Source: a virus. Taken from it: 64,000 bases of DNA. Where the stretch lies: the IMG/VR virus record IMGVR_UViG_3300032331_001766, positions 32,001-96,000 of that record. One strand, 5' to 3'. Shown here in pieces: positions 10,283-17,458 of this stretch; position 1 is the first letter of the stretch, and every line of letters begins with the position of its first letter. The position numbers were made by a program, and so were the translations under genes. Under the pieces are notes generated by a model. The model was given only the letters and a program-made list of their open reading frames with translations. It searched no databases and was not told the origin of the DNA.

Positions 10283-11911
10283 ATGAGTAAAAAGGCTGGT
10301 AGAAAATCTGATCAATTAGCTGGTGACTTTCAGATACCATCTAAACCAAATAAACCTACCGCTGTAGATGTTGGAACTAATAGACTATATAATAATGGTT
10401 CACATATTGTTTCATTTACATATCCTTCAGGTCAGCCACCAGTTTCTTCATATACAGTTATTTCTTCTCCTGGAGGATTTACAAATGTTGGAGCATCAAG
10501 TCCAATTACAGTTGTAGGTCTACAGTCTAATATTGATTATACTTGGACAGTAACTGCAACTAACGTAAATGGAACATCAGACCCTTCAGATCCTTCTGAT
10601 GCAGTAAAAGCTACAACAGTTCCAGAAGCACCAATTAATGTAACAGCAATATCAAATACAACTGGACCAGGGCATAATGCAAACACTCCTGATCTTCGTG
10701 GACAAGATACTGTTTCGTGGACAACTCCAACAAATAATGGTGGAAAACCAATATCAACTTATACTGTTTTATCATCAGATGCAGTAGCTCAACCAGGAGG
10801 TCTTGGTCCTTCTTATACCGTAACAGCACCAACAACAACTATAAATATTAGAGAAACTATGGGTACTACTCAAACCTATACGGTTACTGCAAATAATGCT
10901 AATGGTTCATCTTTAGCTGGAGCAAGTTCCTCTGTTACTACATTCTTTTCCCCACCAGTATTCTTTTCGCCACCTCTATTCTTTGCGCCACCGCTGTTCT
11001 TCAGCCCACCGCTGTTCTTCAGCCCACCCCTATTTTTTGCGCCACCGCTGTTCTTCAGCCCACCGCTGTTCTTCAGCCCACCTCTATTCTTTGCGCCACC
11101 GCTGTTCTTCAGCCCACCGCTGTTTTTCAGCCCACCTCTATTTTTTGCGCCACCGCTGTTCTTCAGCCCACCAGGGTTCTTTAATCCTCCTGGATTCTTT
11201 TCACCACCAGCGTTCTTTGCGCCACCTCTATTTTTTGCGCCACCGCTGTTCTTTTCCCCACCAGCATTCTTTTCACCACCAGGGTTTTTTAACCCTCCTG
11301 GATTCTTTTCACCACCAAGATTCTTTGCACCCCCATTATTTTTCTCCCCACCAAGATTCTTTTCCCCACCAGCATTTTGTATTGCAGAAAATACATTAGT
11401 CTTAACTACAGACGGATACAAGAAGGCAAAAGATATTGAAGTTGGTGATATTTTATCAACAGTCTCATTTAATAATCTTCCTTTAGGAGATAGTAATTGT
11501 TCAATAGGTAATATTACAGATAAATGTATTGATATTGTTGACAAATGGAACTCTGAAGGACTACATGGTGTTAATTTCCTAGAGTCAAAAGTTACAGATA
11601 TTAAAGAAGCAGTATATGAGTCTTCAATCTATTTTAATGATGATTTTTCAAAAGAGCTATCTTTATCAGAACAGATACTTGTAAACAGAGATGAAAAGTT
11701 TACATTTAAAACAACATCTGAAATTAAAGTAGGAGATACTATAATATCTTACTCAGATAAAGATTTAATTGATATTAAAGTTGAGTCTATTAATATTGTA
11801 GAAAAAGAAACAAAAACATTTTTATTCTACAGAGATCCATATGGATTAATTATTGCAGACGGTATGCTTGCATATAATGGTTGTCCAGCCCTTTCCTTGA
11901 CCAACAACTAA
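10283..11911 (+). CDS. FN3-like domains + (FFxPPx)24 repeat + C-terminal Hint (intein/Hedgehog-like) domain protein
   Basis: Two FN3-like units (..YTWTVTATNVNGTSDPS; W..P.NNGGKPISTY..YTVTANNANGSS); 24 hexapeptide repeats; then CIAENTLVLTTDGYKKAKDIEVGD...IKVGDTI...IIADGMLAYN, the Hint block A to C-terminal pattern. Confidence 0.85.
   Translation: MSKKAGRKSDQLAGDFQIPSKPNKPTAVDVGTNRLYNNGSHIVSFTYPSGQPPVSSYTVISSPGGFTNVGASSPITVVGLQSNIDYTWTVTATNVNGTSDPSDPSDAVKATTVPEAPINVTAISNTTGPGHNANTPDLRGQDTVSWTTPTNNGGKPISTYTVLSSDAVAQPGGLGPSYTVTAPTTTINIRETMGTTQTYTVTANNANGSSLAGASSSVTTFFSPPVFFSPPLFFAPPLFFSPPLFFSPPLFFAPPLFFSPPLFFSPPLFFAPPLFFSPPLFFSPPLFFAPPLFFSPPGFFNPPGFFSPPAFFAPPLFFAPPLFFSPPAFFSPPGFFNPPGFFSPPRFFAPPLFFSPPRFFSPPAFCIAENTLVLTTDGYKKAKDIEVGDILSTVSFNNLPLGDSNCSIGNITDKCIDIVDKWNSEGLHGVNFLESKVTDIKEAVYESSIYFNDDFSKELSLSEQILVNRDEKFTFKTTSEIKVGDTIISYSDKDLIDIKVESINIVEKETKTFLFYRDPYGLIIADGMLAYNGCPALSLTNN
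10943..11374 (+). repeat. 24 x 18-bp coding tandem repeat encoding FF[S/A/N]PP[L/G/A/R/V]
   Basis: Read directly from the sequence; locally GC-rich; ends one codon (Phe) before the Hint Cys at 11378. Confidence 0.97.
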
Positions 11912-11925
11912 CTAAATGCTATAGT
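11897..11925 (+). promoter_or_regulatory. Sigma70-type promoter for the oxygenase cluster (leaderless)
   Basis: TTGACC-17 bp-TATAGT with extended -10 TG; ATG at 11932 lies 6 nt past the -10 with no SD. Confidence 0.75.
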
Positions 11926-11931
11926 ATATTT

Positions 11932-12564
11932 ATGTACTCTAGAAAAGAAGAAGTCTTTCATGGCATCTGGAAATATTCAGATGTTTTTACTCCAGAGCTG
12001 GATTTAATTAATAGAATTGAATCAGAAGTAGAAAAAGAAGAGTTTTCCTGGAGAAAAGGTACAGTTGGGTTAGATGCTGAATATCCAGAATACAGAGATT
12101 GTTATGATCTTAAATTAAGTAGACTAGGCAAATCTCATCCCTTATATCAGGATATTTATAATGCTCAAGTACCATGTGTAAATGATTATTGCTCAATGTA
12201 TACAATTGAAATGAATTATTGGGAATGGACTAATATTGTTAAATATGAACCAGGACAACATTTTCAAGAACATGCTGATCATGGCTGGTCATATATATCA
12301 ACTGTATCTTTAGTTGGATATCCAAATGATAATTATGAAGGCGGAGATCTTTATTTTCCAAAACTTAATGTAACAATAAAGCCAAAAGCTGGAGACTTAT
12401 ATATATTCCCATCAGCATATATTTATTCACATGTTGCAAGACCAGTTTTATCTGGAACAAAGTATTGTTTTGCTACGATGTTAGATTATAATGATGACGC
12501 ACATTCAAAAGAATTTGAAGATTATTTAGATAAAAAATATAACAAAGAAAAGAGATTAATATAA
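11932..12564 (+). CDS. 2OG-Fe(II) oxygenase, prolyl 4-hydroxylase-like (#1)
   Basis: HAD...NDNYEGGDLYF...KPKAGD...FPS...H...GTKY. The ORF-track start at 11881 (TTG) is probably too early. Confidence 0.88.
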   Translation: MYSRKEEVFHGIWKYSDVFTPELDLINRIESEVEKEEFSWRKGTVGLDAEYPEYRDCYDLKLSRLGKSHPLYQDIYNAQVPCVNDYCSMYTIEMNYWEWTNIVKYEPGQHFQEHADHGWSYISTVSLVGYPNDNYEGGDLYFPKLNVTIKPKAGDLYIFPSAYIYSHVARPVLSGTKYCFATMLDYNDDAHSKEFEDYLDKKYNKEKRLI

Positions 12565-13226
12565 TGTTACCAAATGCGGAACTTCTTTATCCAGGTATTA
12601 TTGTTTATAGAAATGTTTTTAGTGGATTAAATGTAATTGATAGGCTAGAAGAAGTTCTTTCTAATGATAGCTATGAAGAAAAATGGGCAGAGGCGTCTGT
12701 TGGATATTCTAAGCTAGATAAGTCTTATAGAGATTGCTGGGATCACCATATTAAAAAGAACATATTTGATGATACGGGTAAACCAGAATCTCAATTAAAG
12801 CTTGAATCAATATGGCAGGACTGCAGAGATGCACAAGATGCTGCTGTAGAAGATTATAGAGCAATGTTTAACTTACCGCCATTTGGATATTGGGAATCTT
12901 TTAATTTCATTAAATATGGTGCAGGTCAACATTTTCAAGTACATTCAGATCACGGATATTCTTATGTTTGTGTACTTTCTTCTGTTGGATATATTAACGA
13001 TGATTATGATGGCGGGGAACTATATTTTGATAAACTTGGACTTACCATAAAGCCAAAAGCAGGAGATCTTTATTTATTTCCATCTTCATATATATATTCT
13101 CATTCTGCAATGCCAGTTACAAAAGGTATTAAGTATTCTGTAGTTACAATGCTTGACTACTCAATAGCTACACATTCTCCAGAATATCGTGAGCTTGAAC
13201 AAAAGTATGCACTAGTAAAAGAATAA
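12564..13226 (+). CDS. 2OG-Fe(II) oxygenase, prolyl 4-hydroxylase-like (#2)
   Basis: HSD...NDDYDGGELYF...H...GIKY; close paralog of #1. Confidence 0.88.
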   Translation: MLPNAELLYPGIIVYRNVFSGLNVIDRLEEVLSNDSYEEKWAEASVGYSKLDKSYRDCWDHHIKKNIFDDTGKPESQLKLESIWQDCRDAQDAAVEDYRAMFNLPPFGYWESFNFIKYGAGQHFQVHSDHGYSYVCVLSSVGYINDDYDGGELYFDKLGLTIKPKAGDLYLFPSSYIYSHSAMPVTKGIKYSVVTMLDYSIATHSPEYRELEQKYALVKE

Positions 13227-13235
13227 GGAATATTA

Positions 13236-13946
13236 ATGATTAATTTAGAAGTTTATAGATCAGGTCCAGATTCAGCAAACATAGAACCTCTTTCTGGTAA
13301 AAGACAGTGGATGGATGATAGTCAAGAAAAGCATGCATATAGATGTTTCCCTTTGAGCCTATCAAATCAACTGGGATGGTCTTTATCTTTTCCAGAAGAT
13401 ATAACATTTATGTGGGATGGTGAAATTACAACATCTTCAGAAAACGTTAAAGTTCTTCAAGGAGAAAAATATTGTAGTACAGCTAGAGGAAATGCAACAA
13501 TTAGCTTTAATACAAATTTAACTTTTAGAACTGATGCAAATCATAGTTTACTATCATATCCAGTACCAAATCATTTTGTAGATGGAGCAACACCATTTAC
13601 AACTTTAATGAGCACATCATTTTTTGAAGGTCAGCTTCCAGTTTCTTGGAGAATTACAAGGCCATTTACACCAATAACAATTAAGGCAAATGAACCTTTT
13701 ATAGCAATTCTTCCAGTATCATTAACAGAACTTCATTCTTCAGTGGCACAAATAAAGCCAATAGATAACATGAAACCAATATATAGAGAAAAGCCATTAA
13801 CGCTTGAAGGAGCAATAGAGGCTGGGAAAAAAGCAGCAGAAAATGGTGGATGGACAGATTACTATAGAGATGCTGTTGATTATATGGGTAATAAATTAGG
13901 TGAGCATGAAGTAAAGTCAGTTAAGCTAAGAGTAGAAGGTCACTAA
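13236..13946 (+). CDS. DUF6065-like protein
   Basis: HAYRCFPLSLSNQLGW motif and C-terminal EPFIAILP, recalled as the DUF6065 signature. Confidence 0.6.
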   Translation: MINLEVYRSGPDSANIEPLSGKRQWMDDSQEKHAYRCFPLSLSNQLGWSLSFPEDITFMWDGEITTSSENVKVLQGEKYCSTARGNATISFNTNLTFRTDANHSLLSYPVPNHFVDGATPFTTLMSTSFFEGQLPVSWRITRPFTPITIKANEPFIAILPVSLTELHSSVAQIKPIDNMKPIYREKPLTLEGAIEAGKKAAENGGWTDYYRDAVDYMGNKLGEHEVKSVKLRVEGH

Positions 13947-14660
13947 ATGAATAAGATAGGATTTTGGTCAAATCGTATTGCAAATAACGATTCCACTATT
14001 CCTGTTCCCGCAAAGAAAATAATTCCAGAATGGTTTGCAAATGCAAAGAAATATTGGAAAGATGAAAATGATCAAGAGTTTATAGTTGCTCCAGAAGAAA
14101 AGGGTTTAGGGTTTAAATCTTGCCCAGCATTATTAGATATATTTAATTCTGGTTACCTTTTAGTTACACCGTGTGATGTAGTTATATATAAACAAGATAA
14201 TAAAAGATTTGCTGTATCTTCACCAGGCTTTGATGATTTTTGTGAAGCAAGGCCATTTATGGGTGAATTTAATTATCCTCATGGTTATGGAACAGATTCT
14301 TTTCATTGGTTTCCAAACTGGGGATTTGATTTACCAGAAGGATATAGCGCTTTAGTTTTACACCCATTAAATAGATATGAGTTACCTTTTTTAACAACAA
14401 ACGGTATAATTGATAGTGATAGGTATGGCTCTCCAGGATTGATGCCATTTTTTCTTAAAGAAAATTTTACTGGCATAATACCCAAAGGAACTCCATTTGC
14501 ACAAATAATACCCTTCAAGCGTGAAGACTGGAAAGCAGATTACAAATTTTTAGAAGAAAAAGAAATGATTGCAAGACATGAAAAAACTGCAGGTAAATAC
14601 CGTGTTCCATTTGGTGGAATATATAAAAGACATACCTGGGTTCCAAAGAAATACGAATAG
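13947..14660 (+). CDS. Conserved phage protein, probable distant DUF6065/dUTPase-fold relative
   Basis: KSCPALLD...GY, GIIDSD, GTPFAQIIPFKRE motifs, a type often found beside phage 2OG oxygenases. Confidence 0.5.
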   Translation: MNKIGFWSNRIANNDSTIPVPAKKIIPEWFANAKKYWKDENDQEFIVAPEEKGLGFKSCPALLDIFNSGYLLVTPCDVVIYKQDNKRFAVSSPGFDDFCEARPFMGEFNYPHGYGTDSFHWFPNWGFDLPEGYSALVLHPLNRYELPFLTTNGIIDSDRYGSPGLMPFFLKENFTGIIPKGTPFAQIIPFKREDWKADYKFLEEKEMIARHEKTAGKYRVPFGGIYKRHTWVPKKYE

Positions 14661-14668
14661 AGGATGAC

Positions 14669-15346
14669 ATGGATCAAAATTTAGCTTGGGATGAAGGAAT
14701 TAGAACTGCAAGAACTTCTATAACACCTTCAGGATATTTTGGAAACTCTACAGACAATATTGTTGAACTTGAGAATATTGTAACAGAAGAAGAGTGCGAG
14801 TATATCTTAGAGTTTGCTAAACAAAATGAAATTTGGGATGTAACCCGTTCTGCAAAAAATGAAAATGGTAACATCATTTATGATCACAATGTTTGGGCTA
14901 ATCGTGTTGCAACTAAGCCATCTTTAGATCAATGTGATCCAAAAGTTACTGAAATTCTTAATAATATTTATGCAAGAATAAAGCCAAAGATTGAAGAGCA
15001 TTTTAATGTGGAATGTTATCCAACTGGACCATGTGTTGTTAGATGGCCAGTAGGAACAATGCAATGGCCTCATGCAGATAAAGAACTTCATGAGGGTCCA
15101 GATGCTGGAACACCAGGAAACTTTCCATGGTATGACCTAGGAACAGTTATTTATTTTAACGATGACTACGAGGGCGGAAGACTTCATTTTCCAAAACAAG
15201 AAATTGCTTTTAAACCAAAAAAGAGAGCAGCCTACTTCTTTGTAGGAGACTTAAATTATATTCATGGGGTAGATGTAATTACAGATGGAGTAAGATATAC
15301 GTCTCCTTTATTTTGGACAATTACAAAACTGGAGGCAAACAAGTGA
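14669..15346 (+). CDS. 2OG-Fe(II) oxygenase (#3)
   Basis: HAD...YFNDDYEGG...H...GVRY. Confidence 0.88.
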   Translation: MDQNLAWDEGIRTARTSITPSGYFGNSTDNIVELENIVTEEECEYILEFAKQNEIWDVTRSAKNENGNIIYDHNVWANRVATKPSLDQCDPKVTEILNNIYARIKPKIEEHFNVECYPTGPCVVRWPVGTMQWPHADKELHEGPDAGTPGNFPWYDLGTVIYFNDDYEGGRLHFPKQEIAFKPKKRAAYFFVGDLNYIHGVDVITDGVRYTSPLFWTITKLEANK

Positions 15347-16143
15347 TGTCAAACTTTACAATTAAAACTTTATATCCAAAGATTGATGTTTACAAAGGTT
15401 TGCTTCCAGACCATAAAGAAATTTTTGAAGTAATTAAATCTACAGAAGATACAGAAGGAGAACACTATTTTAATAAGTGGACTCCATGGAGCGCATTTGG
15501 TCTTTACTCATCAACTAAATTTAAGGGTGGAGTCCAAGACCAATTAGGAAAAAATGAAATATTTGATAAACAGTATTGGGCAGCAGAAACAGTTTACGAT
15601 GCATATAAAATTGCAGTAGATGACTATATTGAAAGAAATAATGTTATTCTGCCAGAAGGATCAGAACTTGGCTCTTCCTCTTTTTGTAAATATCATAGCA
15701 ATTTAAATGTTTTAAATAATAACTTAACTATGCAATATCATACAGATTTTAAACAAAGCGAAAAAGATATGCCAGGAAATCAGTTCTTCCTAACCTGTAC
15801 TGTTTATATAAATGATGATTATGAAGGCGGAGACATAGAGTTTTATATTGATGGAGATACAGCAGCTTACAAACCAGAGGCTGGAGATATTATGGTGTTC
15901 CCATCTGGAGAGCCGTATTATCATGGAGTCAAAACAGCAAACAATGGAACTAAATATTTAATTAGAAACTTTATGGTTTACCCAAACCCAGGATCAAAAG
16001 AATGGCTTGAAAATCAAGCTAGATATGGTGCTGTTAAATGGGCAAAGATGGAAGAAGAAAGATTATCTAAAGATAAATATGGCGGAAACATATTTATTAA
16101 AGATGGCAAAAGGGTAGACAGTCCTGAAGAAAGGGATCAGTAA
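15346..16143 (+). CDS. 2OG-Fe(II) oxygenase (#4)
   Basis: HTD...YINDDYEGG...YYH...GTKY. SD GGAGG at 15331 supports a start at 15343 (GTG) or 15346 (ATG). Confidence 0.88.
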   Translation: MSNFTIKTLYPKIDVYKGLLPDHKEIFEVIKSTEDTEGEHYFNKWTPWSAFGLYSSTKFKGGVQDQLGKNEIFDKQYWAAETVYDAYKIAVDDYIERNNVILPEGSELGSSSFCKYHSNLNVLNNNLTMQYHTDFKQSEKDMPGNQFFLTCTVYINDDYEGGDIEFYIDGDTAAYKPEAGDIMVFPSGEPYYHGVKTANNGTKYLIRNFMVYPNPGSKEWLENQARYGAVKWAKMEEERLSKDKYGGNIFIKDGKRVDSPEERDQ

Positions 16144-16851
16144 ATGGAGATAGTAGCTTTAAAAGACGACGTATTTGTAATAGATGATTTAATTACACCT
16201 GCAGAATGTCAATCAATCATTGCTTATTTGGATGGTATTGTAAATGCTAATTTATTGCAATGGAACCAGATATCATTTTTTGGATCTTTTGCAATGGGTT
16301 ATTGGCCAAGTGATCCAAACTTGTTACACTTTGGTTTACCAGAAGATTATTTTGCACAACTTAAAAAGAAAATTAAAGATGCTGGAGAAGAATGTTTTAA
16401 GCGTGAATTTTCTGAAGTAAGTTATCATGCACAAAAATGGGTAGAAGGCGCATTTGCTGGTTTTCATTCTGACAATAGTCATGAAGATGGTAGTCCAAGT
16501 GCATTTTATAAAAGTAAGTATGCTGGCTTTTTGTATTTAAATGATAATTTTAATGGTGGTTTTTTAAACTTTAAGCATCATGATATTACCATAAAAGCAA
16601 AGCCAGGAAGACTAGCTTTCTTTAAGGGCGGTTATGGGAATGAGCATGAGGTTACTACAGTTAAAGATGGAGAAAGATATACCGTTGGTTCATTCTGGGA
16701 TAATGCTGATGAAGTTTATACACCAGAACAAGTTGCTGAATGGGAAAAAGAATTAAAAGAAACTAGAGCTTCTCAACAAGAAACATACAAGGAATGGGAA
16801 GAAGCCAAGAAAAATGGAATGATCCCACAATATATAGGTAAATATGATTAA
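16144..16851 (+). CDS. 2OG-Fe(II) oxygenase (#5)
   Basis: HSD...YLNDNFNGG...H...GERY. Confidence 0.88.
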   Translation: MEIVALKDDVFVIDDLITPAECQSIIAYLDGIVNANLLQWNQISFFGSFAMGYWPSDPNLLHFGLPEDYFAQLKKKIKDAGEECFKREFSEVSYHAQKWVEGAFAGFHSDNSHEDGSPSAFYKSKYAGFLYLNDNFNGGFLNFKHHDITIKAKPGRLAFFKGGYGNEHEVTTVKDGERYTVGSFWDNADEVYTPEQVAEWEKELKETRASQQETYKEWEEAKKNGMIPQYIGKYD

Positions 16852-17437
16852 AGAAGTATTACATCCAGAAATTCATTATTATAAAAATGTTATTTCTAAC
16901 CCAAAGGCTTTTGTAAAAGAGTTAGAGGATATGGATAGCTTTCAGTCAACAGTATCTCAAATATCAAAGTGGGAACAGTGGACTGCATCAAATCATGATG
17001 TTGTATATGGATCAGTTAAAAGATGCTTTTTAAATTTGTTTCAAAATACAACAGATGCTGATAGGGTAAATTCAAAGCTCTGCTCTATAGTTGCACACAA
17101 TGTAATTTCTATAGGTGAGCAATATTCCTTAGATTCTGGAATAGACCTCGGATATCTACCAGTATATTTTGGCATTAATAAATATAATGTTGGTGTTCAC
17201 ATGGGCGCACACGTAGATGCATATGATGGGGCTCAAGATGAATCTACTGTTTCTATGGTTATGTATTTAAATGATGACTACGAAGGCGGAGAGATAGAGT
17301 TTCCAGAGCATGGGATATCAATTAAACCAGAAGCTGGAAGCGTAGTCGTATTTGCCTCAAAGGGCGTTTTACATGATCCAAAACCTACAATATCTGGAAC
17401 TAAGTATATGATCCCCATATTCTTTTTCAAAAGATAG
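16844..17437 (+). CDS. 2OG-Fe(II) oxygenase (#6)
   Basis: HVD...YLNDDYEGG...H...GTKY. Confidence 0.88.
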   Translation: MIKEVLHPEIHYYKNVISNPKAFVKELEDMDSFQSTVSQISKWEQWTASNHDVVYGSVKRCFLNLFQNTTDADRVNSKLCSIVAHNVISIGEQYSLDSGIDLGYLPVYFGINKYNVGVHMGAHVDAYDGAQDESTVSMVMYLNDDYEGGEIEFPEHGISIKPEAGSVVVFASKGVLHDPKPTISGTKYMIPIFFFKR

Positions 17438-17446
17438 ATATTAGTA

Positions 17447-17452
17447 TATAAT
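17447..17452 (+). promoter_or_regulatory. -10 box for a leaderless LamG gene transcript
   Basis: TATAAT 6 nt upstream of ATG 17459; no SD. Confidence 0.55.
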
Positions 17453-17458
17453 AAAAGA

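Noticed and set aside
10943-11374. Possible CRISPR array or DGR template/variable repeat
   Set aside because: Units are contiguous with no unique spacers and are in-frame coding. No adenine-specific variation pattern and no reverse transcriptase are seen in the window.
10876-11544. 222-aa minus-strand ORF with GG(E/L/A)KN repeats, and the +1-frame ORF 10983..11399
   Set aside because: Shadow frames of the 18-bp coding repeat, which has no stops in those frames. They have no SD or promoter, and the + frame joins recognisable FN3 and Hint domains.
11378-11878. Mobile intein
   Set aside because: No endonuclease, no Cys/Ser/Thr at +1, only a 10-aa C-flank, and not inserted in a conserved enzyme; better read as a BIL/Hedgehog-like Hint.
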